This document shows positions 8,293 to 19,491 of a stretch of 64,000 nt of DNA, one piece after another (positions within the stretch are counted from its first letter, which is position 1; every line of letters begins with the position of its first letter). This stretch comes from Gemmatimonadota bacterium. Its GTDB lineage: Bacteria; Gemmatimonadota; Gemmatimonadetes; Gemmatimonadales; GWC2-71-9. The position numbers were made by a program, and so were the translations under genes. Location of the stretch: the NCBI GenBank assembly GCA_031375485.1, contig JANMHX010000025.1:35360-99359 (forward strand), given 5' to 3'. Below the pieces are notes generated by a model. It ran no database searches, was not told the DNA's origin, and saw nothing but the letters and a program-made list of their open reading frames with translations.

Positions 8293-10084
8293 CCGGCAGT
8301 TCGATCGACGAAGGGTAGCGTGCTGAACGGTGGATGGTGATGTTGGCAGGCCGGGTGGCCGCGGGGAAGCCATCCCGATCGGCCCCGGTGATCGTGACTC
8401 TGACCCGGAAACCGGCCCGAAACAGGTACGAGGTCGGCATCAGGTCGAGCACCATCGACTGGGGCCGGTTCGACAACGCCACCACGCCCGCTTGGCTGCT
8501 CGGACGATACGGAAGTCCCATGTTTCGGTACGGCGCCCGGCCCAATCGGGCATGCGAGGCTCGCAGCACGCCGTCCGTGACGAACCTGGATTCGCCGTTC
8601 GGGGCCACTTCTTCGAGGTAGACGAAAAAGTCGGCATCGGTCGTGTCGGCGGTGACCCAGAACCGAACCACCGGATGACCGGTAACCTCGAGTCGTCGGT
8701 CGAGCGGCTCGGTGGTATAGGTCCACCCCTTGGCATCGTTGGTCCGCATGTCCGGATAGCCCATCGGCCCGCCATAGCCGTTGGTCCACCGGGTAGCTTT
8801 GCCGCTCGTCGCGGTCAGGTCAACGAGTTGCGAATCGGCGCCCGGAGCGTCCGGGCGGACCGACAGCCGCCCGTCATTGCGCGACGCCACCGTCCCCGTC
8901 GGGCCGCCGCCGAAGTAGTACCAGGTCCGGCGCTCGTTTGGTAACGGCCATGCCCACGCCGAACGCCACACACTGTCCGGATGCGCGTTGAAGGTGCCGT
9001 AGCGGATCGGGGGCTCCCGCATGATCCCGTTGTCGATCCCCTTGAGCCAGTAGTCGTACCACCGAAGGTGCTCGGCGGTGTTGTCGAGCCCCGTCGTCTG
9101 GGTATGAAACCACGGGCCGACGAGCAGCTTCTGAGGGGTTCGGAGATTGGCGTACCAGACGAAAGCATCCCGGGGCGCCGGGTCGAGCCAGCCGGTCAGA
9201 TGATAGATGGCGACACCCGACCGATTGATCTCCCTGAGATAGCTTCCAGGACTTCGCTCTCGATGAAACGCGACGCCCGTTTCCGGATCCTTGCTGTCGC
9301 GATACGGCACCCGGCGCCACATTTCGCCGATGTCCCAGTTGGCCCGGTGCGCCTCGACGGCCGCGGCCCGCAACGTCTCGCCGGAGTCGCCATCGACCGG
9401 CGCCACCGGCCCAAACGGCACCCCGAACCACTCGAACGTCTTCGACTGGTCGAGATTCGTGGTCAACGTCCGCCAGGTCGGGAGGGCGTACTCCTGGAAG
9501 ATGCCGCCGGGGTAGAGCATCGGATAGAACCCGAAAACCGCCATCTCCGGAAAAATCGCCTTGAGGTGAGGCGGGCGTTCGGCGGCCGCGAAGTACTGGG
9601 CATGGCCGAGATACGACCGGCCGTACATCCCGACCTTGCCGTTGGACCACGGAGCGGTGCCTAACCACTCGGTGACCTCGTACATGTCCCGGGCCTCGTC
9701 GCGGGAGTAGAAGCCCGGCTGGATCCCAAACGACGCGCCGCCGCCCCGTGCGTCAACGACGGCGATGACGTAGCCATGGGCCAACAACGGCCCAATCCAG
9801 TCGAAGGTGGTGCGAAGCCGGCCGTTCACGATCGAGGCCCGATGATACCGCTCGTGGGCCCAGACCACGGGCAGCCGCTCGCTGTGGAGGATTCCCCCCT
9901 TGGTCGGCCGCATGATGTCGATGGCCAGGCGAACCCCATCGCGCATCGTGAGGTAGCGGGCCTCCCGCTGCCACCCGTCGTATCGGGCGGTCGAATACCC
10001 TTGGTACTTTCCCGGCTCGGACACCCGAGGTTGTGCCGTGACCGGGCTCCACGCCGCTGCCAACAGCACCAAACCCCATTTCAT
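8282..10084 (-). CDS. CocE/NonD family hydrolase (S15 X-Pro dipeptidyl-peptidase-like), exported
   Basis: Signal peptide MKWGLVLLAAAWSPVTAQ. The nucleophile motif is GRSYLG. The overall length and N-terminus (YLTMRDGVRLAIDIMRP) are typical of CocE/NonD. It has an ATGA overlap with the upstream MFS gene. Confidence 0.85.
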   Translation of the reverse strand: MKWGLVLLAAAWSPVTAQPRVSEPGKYQGYSTARYDGWQREARYLTMRDGVRLAIDIMRPTKGGILHSERLPVVWAHERYHRASIVNGRLRTTFDWIGPLLAHGYVIAVVDARGGGASFGIQPGFYSRDEARDMYEVTEWLGTAPWSNGKVGMYGRSYLGHAQYFAAAERPPHLKAIFPEMAVFGFYPMLYPGGIFQEYALPTWRTLTTNLDQSKTFEWFGVPFGPVAPVDGDSGETLRAAAVEAHRANWDIGEMWRRVPYRDSKDPETGVAFHRERSPGSYLREINRSGVAIYHLTGWLDPAPRDAFVWYANLRTPQKLLVGPWFHTQTTGLDNTAEHLRWYDYWLKGIDNGIMREPPIRYGTFNAHPDSVWRSAWAWPLPNERRTWYYFGGGPTGTVASRNDGRLSVRPDAPGADSQLVDLTATSGKATRWTNGYGGPMGYPDMRTNDAKGWTYTTEPLDRRLEVTGHPVVRFWVTADTTDADFFVYLEEVAPNGESRFVTDGVLRASHARLGRAPYRNMGLPYRPSSQAGVVALSNRPQSMVLDLMPTSYLFRAGFRVRVTITGADRDGFPAATRPANITIHRSARYPSSIELPVIP

Positions 10085-11286
10085 CGCGACACTCCGGGTT
10101 CAGGGGGCAAGAACCGGACGATCGCCACCATCGTCACGGCCGCGACCAACGCCACCAAGCCAAAGTGGGCCGGATACCCGAACCGGCCCGCAAACCAGGC
10201 CGCCCCGCTCCCGCCCACCACGGCCATCAGCGAGAAGGCACTCGAAATGGCGGTGAAGTCGGTCGCCACCTGCGCCGGCGAGCACCAATTCATCACGTTG
10301 GCATAGAACACCGCGAACATCCCCCCGATGGCCGCGTTCACCAACGCCACGACCACCGTGAGCGGCACCAGACTCCGGATCGAGAGGACCGAAACCAACC
10401 CGGTAACGGCCGCCGCCACCAACCCGGTCGCGATGACCGCCAGATAGGCCCGCCGAAAACCCAGGCGATTGACCGACGCCCCGGCCCCCAAGGCACCGAG
10501 GATGCCGGCACCGGTCCCCGCGACGCCCTGGACCACCCCGACTTCGGACAACGTTAGGCCCGCATCAATCAGATACGGACCTACGATCGGCCCAATCATG
10601 AAATAGCAAAGCCCGGTGAGCACCGCGAGCAACAAGATCCTCGGCGTATCGGACCGCCGGAAGAATCCGGCCAGACTGACCCCGGCTCCGGCTCGCTGGT
10701 CGTTCAGCACGGCCGGCGGTGCTTCCCGCCGAAGCAGGCCCGGCGCCGCGATCAGCGGGATCAGGAGCCCGACAATCGTGAGGGCCGTGCTCCAGCCAAG
10801 CCGGTCGATCAGGACGAGCACCCCGCCCCGCCCCACCAGTCCGCCGCAGGCCAGACCCGCCGACTGAACCCCGTTCCCAACGCCCCGTTCGCTCCGATCC
10901 AGCAGCTCGACCGCATACGCATCGGTGGCGATGTCCATCGTGGAGCCGGTCAGGCTGATCAAGAAGAAAACCACGCCGGCCAAGACGAGATGGTGGTCCG
11001 GCGGAAACCGCGAGAGCAGAAGAAACGAGCCGGCCAAGCCGAACGTCGAAGGAATCAGCCAGGTCCGCCGCCGGCCTAACGCCGGCAGCCAGTACCGGTC
11101 GGCGAGTGGCGCCCAGAGGAACTTGACCGAGTAGAGAATGGCCGGCAAATAGGCGACCCAGAGAAGCGACAGCGGCATTCCATACTTCCGAAGCACGCTC
11201 GGCACCCCAAGGACCAGGAAGGTCGTGGCCACCCCTTGGGCCAGATAGAGGGAAAAGATCAGGCCGAATTTCGGCAGCGACGTCAC
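10081..11286 (-). CDS. MFS transporter, AmpG/PAT (peptide-acetyl-CoA transporter) family-like
   Basis: About 12 TM helices and the motif KFLWAPLADRYWLPALGRRRTW resemble AmpG. I chose the GTG start at 11286 because it gives a GTGA overlap with the upstream stop. The longest ORF extends to an ATG at 11322. Confidence 0.8.
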   Translation of the reverse strand: MTSLPKFGLIFSLYLAQGVATTFLVLGVPSVLRKYGMPLSLLWVAYLPAILYSVKFLWAPLADRYWLPALGRRRTWLIPSTFGLAGSFLLLSRFPPDHHLVLAGVVFFLISLTGSTMDIATDAYAVELLDRSERGVGNGVQSAGLACGGLVGRGGVLVLIDRLGWSTALTIVGLLIPLIAAPGLLRREAPPAVLNDQRAGAGVSLAGFFRRSDTPRILLLAVLTGLCYFMIGPIVGPYLIDAGLTLSEVGVVQGVAGTGAGILGALGAGASVNRLGFRRAYLAVIATGLVAAAVTGLVSVLSIRSLVPLTVVVALVNAAIGGMFAVFYANVMNWCSPAQVATDFTAISSAFSLMAVVGGSGAAWFAGRFGYPAHFGLVALVAAVTMVAIVRFLPPEPGVSR

Positions 11287-12755
11287 GCGCCGCCGCCGAA
11301 CGGATCCGCCACCCGCGGCCAATAGGCGTGATCCCGCTGCCGGTAGGGAATGACCGCCACATCCAGGGTCTGGGCACCCGGCGTCCGAAGAATCTTGAGA
11401 TCGTTCGACACCGTCCGGAATCCTTCCTCACCGTGGCGCCACATTTTGCAAACCACGAGTCGCTTGGCCTTGAGGTCAATCCCGAAATCGGTAATCACGT
11501 TGGGCCGAAGCGTCCCGTTCCGGCGGGAATGCAGAATCAGGTCGAGGCCATTGTCGGCGCTGACCCAGACCCCGGCCCCGAACCGCATCGGACCGAGCGG
11601 GCCCATCGCATCTTGGACCAAATCGGGAATCAGCTTCCGGACCGTGACGACCAAGTCGACCGGGAGTCCCGCCTCCGGACCCGACTTGCCGCCGATCCGA
11701 AGCATGAGTCGGGCTCCCTCGCCAACCGCCGTGCAGATCTCGACGCTCATGGGATCCCAGATTGGACCAAAGACGACATCGCCGAGTCCGCGCTCGACGA
11801 CCTTGGCGAGCACATGGGTGCCATCACCCGCGCTCCCGCCAAGGTGGTTGTCTCCCTGTTCGCAGAGAACCACGGGACCACCGCCGGGCGGAAGGCCCCT
11901 GACGTAGTCGAGCGCCTCGTCGGCGGTGAAGTCGCCTCGTTCGGTAACCTGATCCCGGAGCGCGAAGAACTCCCGGCCCAACCGCTCGGCCACGCTCGCG
12001 GCCAGCGCCGGGTTGGCGTCGGTGGCCACCAGCACCCGGGTCCCGGCCTCCGGCACGTCGGCCCACGGATACCCGTGCGCGAGCGACACCGATAGCACGC
12101 CCGGCTCCCGCTCGACCGCGCTCATCCGCGCCACGAACCCGGCCATGGGTTCGGGCACGGTCGGGTAGGCACCAATCATCCGGCAATCAAAGACGGCCAT
12201 CACCGGCCGGCATTGCCCCGCCCGCGCCGCCAGGACCAGATTGAACACTTCGCGAGCCCGATCCGGCACATCGACATGGGGCCAATGCTTCATCATCCCG
12301 ATGATGGTGGAGTGGCGGGCCATCCGATCGGTGAGATGGCAATGACAGTCGAGACAGACCCCGATCGGGACGTCGGGGCCGACAATGGCGCGGCAGGCCT
12401 CGATCAAGTCACCCTCGGGGTCCGGATACCCATCGGCCACCATGGCGCCGTGGAGATCGAGCAAGACGCCGTCGACCGGACCGGACCGGCGGAGGTCGTC
12501 GAGGAGTTCGTTCCGCATCGATTCATACGCCGCTCGGGTCGTCGGGCCGCTCGGCATGGCCCAGGCCAACAACCCCGGAACGACCTCGTGGCCGGCCTCT
12601 CGAACCAGCCGACGCCACGGACGAGCCGCTGAGAGGACCCAGCCGACGGTATCGTCGTCGGCCCAATCCCGGTGAATCCGAAAGTCCCGCAAGGGAGTAG
12701 GGTAAGAAACGAACCCGTTCGACTCGGTGGCGATACCGCCAATGAAGAATCGCAT
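11283..12755 (-). CDS. M81 family metallopeptidase (MlrC-like)
   Basis: Starting at ATG 12755 gives MRFFIGGIATESNGF, a typical MlrC N-terminus. No signal peptide is present. Length is about 490 aa. Confidence 0.85.
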   Translation of the reverse strand: MRFFIGGIATESNGFVSYPTPLRDFRIHRDWADDDTVGWVLSAARPWRRLVREAGHEVVPGLLAWAMPSGPTTRAAYESMRNELLDDLRRSGPVDGVLLDLHGAMVADGYPDPEGDLIEACRAIVGPDVPIGVCLDCHCHLTDRMARHSTIIGMMKHWPHVDVPDRAREVFNLVLAARAGQCRPVMAVFDCRMIGAYPTVPEPMAGFVARMSAVEREPGVLSVSLAHGYPWADVPEAGTRVLVATDANPALAASVAERLGREFFALRDQVTERGDFTADEALDYVRGLPPGGGPVVLCEQGDNHLGGSAGDGTHVLAKVVERGLGDVVFGPIWDPMSVEICTAVGEGARLMLRIGGKSGPEAGLPVDLVVTVRKLIPDLVQDAMGPLGPMRFGAGVWVSADNGLDLILHSRRNGTLRPNVITDFGIDLKAKRLVVCKMWRHGEEGFRTVSNDLKILRTPGAQTLDVAVIPYRQRDHAYWPRVADPFGGGA

Positions 12756-12774
12756 CCGATTGGCGGGCCTGCGG

Positions 12775-14445
<1,671 letters not shown>

Positions 14446-14525
14446 AGGCTATAACGTGCCGCCCGCCGGGCCCCCAGACAAGGCCTCCCTTGTGCTGGGC
14501 GTTGCCCAAGCGGTACGATTGCAGC

Positions 14526-16010
14526 ATGAGGCCACGGGTTGGTTACCTGGTGATCGTGCTCGCGCTGGGTTGCAAGTTCGAGAAGGAGCTCCTGGCCCCT
14601 CCTCCTGACCGGCTCCGGTCTCCCCCAATAGAACGACCCCCGGCCCTCCCGCCCACCGTCGTCGACATGCCCCTGCTGATCGACCTCAATACCGCGGTCG
14701 ACATGATGGAGCACGAACTGCCCAGACGAATGGGCAACTCCGAGACGCGGATTCCAATTCCCGGCAAGAAACGGACGGCATTTGCCTACGAAATCAGCCG
14801 CAGCCCGTTCGAGATCAAGATCAAAGGGGACACCTTTCAGGTCGCGGCCACGATCCACTATCAAGGCCGGGGCTGGTACAATCCACCGATCGGGCCGGAG
14901 ATCGGGGGCTCCTGCGGCACCACGGGAAAGGAACCCCGAGCCCGCGTAGTGATCTCAATCCAGCCTTCCATCAGTCGCGACTGGAAGCTGGTCGCCAAGC
15001 CCACGCTCACCTATCTCGGCCCCCTCACCAAAACCGAACGGGACCAGTGCGAAGTCACCTTCCTCAAGATCGACGTGACCAGCCGGGTCCTCGAGGCCGC
15101 CCGGGGGGCGATCCGGGGCCAGTTCCCGGGCCTCACCGCCAAATTGAAATCGCTGGACGTCAAGGGAGAAGTCGAGAAGGTCTGGAATGAAATCCAGAAG
15201 CCGATCCAGCTGACGGACAGCGTGTGGCTGATGCTCCGACCCGAGGGACTCCGGTTGGGCGCTTTGTCGGGAAGTCGCGAGATGTTGGGCGGGACGGTCG
15301 GAATCCGGGCCCGGCCCAAGATCGAAACCGGACCCAAGCCGACGGTTGCGCTCGTCGCGCTTCCGCCACTCGATGAGAGCGGCGAGGAAAGCGGTCTCAA
15401 CCTGTTGACGGAGGGGCGCTTCGACTACGGGCTGATCGGCGCGAACCTTACCAAGACGGTGGCCGGCATGAAGATCAAGGTGCCGGGAGGAACCATCGAG
15501 ATCAAAGAAGTAGGTGCCTATGGCATTGGCGGAGGTCGGCTGGCCCTCGGCGTCCGATTCACCGGCACCAGTTCGGGGCAGATCTACTTCGTCGGCACAC
15601 CGAAGTACGACGATTCAACCGGCCACATCGTGGTACCAGACCTCGACTACGACGCCTCGACCACACCGCTTCTGGTCAAGGGCCTGGCCTGGCTGAAGGC
15701 TGATCAGATTCGCGACTTCCTTCGGGCCAAGGCCACCTTTCCGTCGGCCGAAACGATGGACCGGCTTTCAACCCTGGCCGTTACCGGGATGAACCGGGAA
15801 CTGGTACCCGGGATCTTCCTCAGCACCTCACTGAACCGGACTGAGATCGTCCGGTTGTTGCCTCGAATTGACGCCCTCTACCTCCAGGCGCACGCCAGCG
15901 GCCACGCGGCGGTCCACGTCACGGATGTCTTCTTTGCGAGCCTGAAAGCTACCGGATCAGATACCACTGGGTCTGGCGGGGCCAGAAAAACTTCCAACCC
16001 TCCTCCGTGA
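14526..16010 (+). CDS. Hypothetical lipoprotein (possibly DUF4403)
   Basis: Internal ATG at 14526 gives [16 protein letters not shown], which contains a lipobox. The family assignment is from memory and is weak. Its 3' end overlaps the convergent M24 gene by 62 bp. Confidence 0.65.
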   Translation: MRPRVGYLVIVLALGCKFEKELLAPPPDRLRSPPIERPPALPPTVVDMPLLIDLNTAVDMMEHELPRRMGNSETRIPIPGKKRTAFAYEISRSPFEIKIKGDTFQVAATIHYQGRGWYNPPIGPEIGGSCGTTGKEPRARVVISIQPSISRDWKLVAKPTLTYLGPLTKTERDQCEVTFLKIDVTSRVLEAARGAIRGQFPGLTAKLKSLDVKGEVEKVWNEIQKPIQLTDSVWLMLRPEGLRLGALSGSREMLGGTVGIRARPKIETGPKPTVALVALPPLDESGEESGLNLLTEGRFDYGLIGANLTKTVAGMKIKVPGGTIEIKEVGAYGIGGGRLALGVRFTGTSSGQIYFVGTPKYDDSTGHIVVPDLDYDASTTPLLVKGLAWLKADQIRDFLRAKATFPSAETMDRLSTLAVTGMNRELVPGIFLSTSLNRTEIVRLLPRIDALYLQAHASGHAAVHVTDVFFASLKATGSDTTGSGGARKTSNPPP

Positions 16011-17283
16011 GATGGGCGTCGTCCTCCATCATCACGTAGACCTTCTGCCCGCCCCACTCCGGCACCGCCGTCGCGGTATTGAGCTCGATCGAGATATAAG
16101 AGCCTATCCGCAACGGCTTCCCCGGTCGACCAGGCGCGCTGCCGAACGACACCCCCGCCCCCAATCCATGGCCCTGATTGCCAATCGGATGAGAGTAGAT
16201 CATCGCCTCGATCCCCTGCTTCTTCATCTCCGCCATGGCGCAGTCGTAGGCCTCGGTGTTGAGCCGGCCGGGACGCGAGCAGGTCCTCATCACGGCGTCC
16301 TGCAACGCATTGGTATTGGCCATCGCCTTCTTGAGGCCGGCGGGTACGCCACGCTCACCGGGTTTCAGCACGTACGCCATCTTCTGCCAATCGGTATCAA
16401 ATCCCATCGCCGTGATGCCCATGTCGATGTGCACCACGTCGCCCCGCTGGATGATCGTGCCCTCCAAGGCCGGTCCCGGCGACGATGGCGTGGCGGCATG
16501 TTTGCCCACCTCGTAGTTGCCGCCGCCGAGCCGCTGGACCCGGACGTCGGGCTGAAACCACGTGGTGGCCCCCCGCCTGGCATACTCGTCGAACAAGAAC
16601 CGCCGCACGTCCCCGACCGTGGTCTTGCCCGGCGTGATCACCGCATTCGACAGGGCCTTCTTCGCGATCTGGTCGGTGATCTTGACGAGGTGTTGGTAGG
16701 TGGCAAACTCCTCGGGAATCCGGGTATCGAGGTGTTCTTCGATCAGCGCGTCCGCGCTGATCTCTCGGCACTCGGCGCTCGGCGCTCGGCACTCGGCGGT
16801 GCTGTCGAGGGCTTGGTGGATCAGGGTGTAGGTGGCGTGGGTGAGGGTTCGGGTGACGCCGCGGGGGCCGTCCATGCCGAGGGCGATGGTTTTGGGTTTG
16901 AAGCGGCGGAACAGATCCGAGAGCATCTTGGAGGGGTTCCGGCCCTCGGGCATCGGCTCGAAGTAGGCCTTGATCGTCTCTTCCGGGTAGCCGGTGATCG
17001 AGAACGCCTTGAGCCGGTCGCCGCCGTCATCGGCGAAGATGAAGAAATCGCGGTTGCCGGCGTAGGGCCGAGGCGGCGCGACCGTGTGGACGATCGGGTC
17101 GTTGTGAAACTCCTCGTTGACCACGATCCACATCGCGACGCCGTGGCGCCGCATCATGGGGAGCAGCATTTCGTGACGTTTGGCCAACCAGCTCTCCCGG
17201 GTGGCGAGTTGGGCCGACCACGACGGCACCACGAGCGGTTGCTGGGCCATCGCGAGCAGTCCGGCAAACAGAAGTCCGGTCAT
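15949..17283 (-). CDS. M24 family metallopeptidase (Xaa-Pro aminopeptidase-like), exported
   Basis: Metal-ligand context is present: [27 protein letters not shown] and VMMEDD. Signal-like N-terminus [15 protein letters not shown]. It starts 3 bp after the upstream S9 gene. Confidence 0.85.
   Translation of the reverse strand: MTGLLFAGLLAMAQQPLVVPSWSAQLATRESWLAKRHEMLLPMMRRHGVAMWIVVNEEFHNDPIVHTVAPPRPYAGNRDFFIFADDGGDRLKAFSITGYPEETIKAYFEPMPEGRNPSKMLSDLFRRFKPKTIALGMDGPRGVTRTLTHATYTLIHQALDSTAECRAPSAECREISADALIEEHLDTRIPEEFATYQHLVKITDQIAKKALSNAVITPGKTTVGDVRRFLFDEYARRGATTWFQPDVRVQRLGGGNYEVGKHAATPSSPGPALEGTIIQRGDVVHIDMGITAMGFDTDWQKMAYVLKPGERGVPAGLKKAMANTNALQDAVMRTCSRPGRLNTEAYDCAMAEMKKQGIEAMIYSHPIGNQGHGLGAGVSFGSAPGRPGKPLRIGSYISIELNTATAVPEWGGQKVYVMMEDDAHLTEEGWKFFWPRQTQWYLIR
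16764..16798 (+). repeat. 35-bp heptamer tandem repeat (CTCGGCA CTCGGCG CTCGGCG CTCGGCA CTCGGCG), copy 1
   Basis: Read directly from the sequence. It differs by 1 nt from the copy at 38185-38219 and is closely related to the copy at 41219-41253. It lies inside the M24 CDS and encodes [12 protein letters not shown]. Confidence 0.85.
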
Positions 17284-17286
17284 CTT

Positions 17287-19491
17287 TCAGTTCTCCAAGG
17301 TCTTGAGAAGGTCGCGCCAAGTAAACCAGCCCGGTTTGCCCCGGATCCATTTTTCAAACCACTGGAACTCGGCGTGGGCCTTGACCAGTTGGTTTCGGGG
17401 CGCGGTAATCCCGTGGGTATCGCCGGGATAGACGAAGAATTCCGTCGGCACGCCGAGTTTCTTGAGTGCCATGTGAAGCTCCTCGGACTGCGGCCTCGGC
17501 ACCCGCGGGTCGCCGTCGACGACGTGGATCAGCGTCGGGGTCGTGGCGGCCTTGATGTACTTGAGCGGCGACACCTTCCAATAGGCGTCGAAGTTGTCGT
17601 ACGGGAGGTCGCCGCCCATATACCACTGCCGGTTCCGCTGGATGTCGCTTTGGGCGTACATCGAAATCCAGTTCATGGTACCGGCCCCGCTCGAAATGGC
17701 CTTGAACCGGGTGGTGTGGGTCAAGATCCAGTTCGAGTAATGGCCGCCGGCGCTCCACCCCATCGCACCGAGACTGTCCGGATGGGCAATCCCTTGGGCG
17801 ATGAGGTAGTCCACGCCCGTCATGATGTCCTCGAAGCCACGGTCGAAGTACTTCCCGACCCCGGCCGTTTCCATCCGGTGGCGCTCGCCGTAGTTGGTCG
17901 ACCCGCGGTAGTTCGGCATCAACACGGCATATCCGGCGCCGGCGTAGACCTCGGAGCCGTACCCGCCATTGAAGCTCAGCAAGTCGGCGCCGGCCGGCCC
18001 GCCGTGGATCTGGACGATCAGCGGATACTGACGGCCCGGGACGAAACCGGCCGGCTTCAGCAACACACCGCCAACCAGCTTGCCGTCCTTTGACTTCCAG
18101 GTAATCTCTTCGGCATTGCCTAACGAAAAGCCGTCCACCTGGGGGTTCGGGTTGGTCAGCCGGATCCAGGCGGCCTGGGTGGCCAGCTCGGCCTCGGTCC
18201 GGACCAGGTATTGGCTGGCCGGCGTCGCGGGATCGCTGTAGTTGACCAGGATGAGGCCGGTATCGTCGTCCCGAGTCGGGGCGATGGTCCCATTGACCTT
18301 GGAGACCTGCGTCACCGTATTCCCCGACAGGTCAAGCGCCATGACCTGACTGGTGGCCTTGATCCCCTCGGTGAAGTAGATCGTCTTGCCGTCCTTCGAC
18401 CACCAATCCACCGATACACTGCCGTCAAACCCATCACCGAGTTTCCGCCACGGCCGGCCCGCGGCCGAGACATCTCGGAGATAGACTCTCGAGTCCCGCG
18501 AATAGGCGAAGTCATTGGCTGCGGAGAACGCGATCCACTTGCTGTCCGGCGAGAATGACAACCCGCTCTCGCCGATCTCGGTGTTGGTGGTCAGGCGTTC
18601 AACTCGGCCGGTCGGCACGTCGAGCAGGTACAGATCGGCAGAGTTGCCGGTCTCGGTCACCGTCCGCTGGTACCGGTCGTTCGGAGTTCCGTTGAATCCA
18701 ATCCATCGGCCATCCGGCGAGACCTCGACGCCGCCGACGGTGTACTCGGTGCCGCCGGTGAGCCGCTTCTCGGCCCGGCTTTCGAGATCGACCGCCCAGA
18801 GATGCCGAAGGGGTGAGTCCTCGTTCCGGATCTTGACATCGAACTTCTTTTCGACCCGGTCCTTGTTGTCTTTGTCGACACTGTCCGGCGCGACGAAGTA
18901 GAGCGACCGGCTGTCGGACGAGACCTCCCACCAGGTTACCGGGGTGGCATGCTTGGTCAGCTGAACCGGCGGCGCAGCCAGATCGGCCACCGCCAAGGCC
19001 CACACCTGTTGTTCGTCGGTCTTGCCCGCTGAGTACACGAGCCACCGGCCGTCCTTCGAGAAGGCGAAGGCGCCGACGCCGTCTTTGGCCTCGGTGATTT
19101 TCCGGGCCTCGCCGCCGTCGGTCCGCATCGCGTAGAGCTGGTTCCCGGCGCCGGAATCGGATCGCTCCCGATTCGAACTGAACACGAAGAACGACCCGTC
19201 GCGAGCCCACCGCGGCGCCGTTTCGTTCTTGTCCTTGGTGAAGGTGAGCTGCCGGGCCGATCCAACCCCTTGGACCGTCGACACCATCCAGATGTCGGTG
19301 AATCGGCGAGCCTCTTTCCAGTCCGGAACCGATAGCGTGTACAACCCGGTGCGGCCATCAGGGGCCAGTACCACATTCCCGGCTTGGTTCATCCGCTGCA
19401 TGTCGAGAAACGTCATCGGCCGCTTGGCCTGGGCCGCGAGCGACGCCGTGACGGCCAAACCGGCAACCGAAACCGCCCGAATCCACCGCAT
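17287..19491 (-). CDS. S9 family peptidase (beta-propeller + prolyl oligopeptidase-type hydrolase), exported
   Basis: Signal peptide MRWIRAVSVAGLAVTASLAAQA. The nucleophile motif is GWSAGGH, with a C-terminal DPRVP...H region. Its start overlaps the upstream stop (TGATG). Confidence 0.9.
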   Translation of the reverse strand: MRWIRAVSVAGLAVTASLAAQAKRPMTFLDMQRMNQAGNVVLAPDGRTGLYTLSVPDWKEARRFTDIWMVSTVQGVGSARQLTFTKDKNETAPRWARDGSFFVFSSNRERSDSGAGNQLYAMRTDGGEARKITEAKDGVGAFAFSKDGRWLVYSAGKTDEQQVWALAVADLAAPPVQLTKHATPVTWWEVSSDSRSLYFVAPDSVDKDNKDRVEKKFDVKIRNEDSPLRHLWAVDLESRAEKRLTGGTEYTVGGVEVSPDGRWIGFNGTPNDRYQRTVTETGNSADLYLLDVPTGRVERLTTNTEIGESGLSFSPDSKWIAFSAANDFAYSRDSRVYLRDVSAAGRPWRKLGDGFDGSVSVDWWSKDGKTIYFTEGIKATSQVMALDLSGNTVTQVSKVNGTIAPTRDDDTGLILVNYSDPATPASQYLVRTEAELATQAAWIRLTNPNPQVDGFSLGNAEEITWKSKDGKLVGGVLLKPAGFVPGRQYPLIVQIHGGPAGADLLSFNGGYGSEVYAGAGYAVLMPNYRGSTNYGERHRMETAGVGKYFDRGFEDIMTGVDYLIAQGIAHPDSLGAMGWSAGGHYSNWILTHTTRFKAISSGAGTMNWISMYAQSDIQRNRQWYMGGDLPYDNFDAYWKVSPLKYIKAATTPTLIHVVDGDPRVPRPQSEELHMALKKLGVPTEFFVYPGDTHGITAPRNQLVKAHAEFQWFEKWIRGKPGWFTWRDLLKTLEN

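Noticed and set aside
14478-14493. A small hairpin, ACAAGG-cctc-CCTTGT, in the divergent region between the amidohydrolase and lipoprotein genes.
   Set aside because: The stem is only 6 bp and the hairpin occurs once. It could be chance in GC-rich DNA.
16012-18093. A 693-aa ORF on the + strand.
   Set aside because: It is entirely antisense to the well-supported M24 and S9 genes. Its translation is Arg/Gly/Pro/His-rich with no recognisable motif. This is the expected stop-codon-poor antisense frame of a GC-rich genome.
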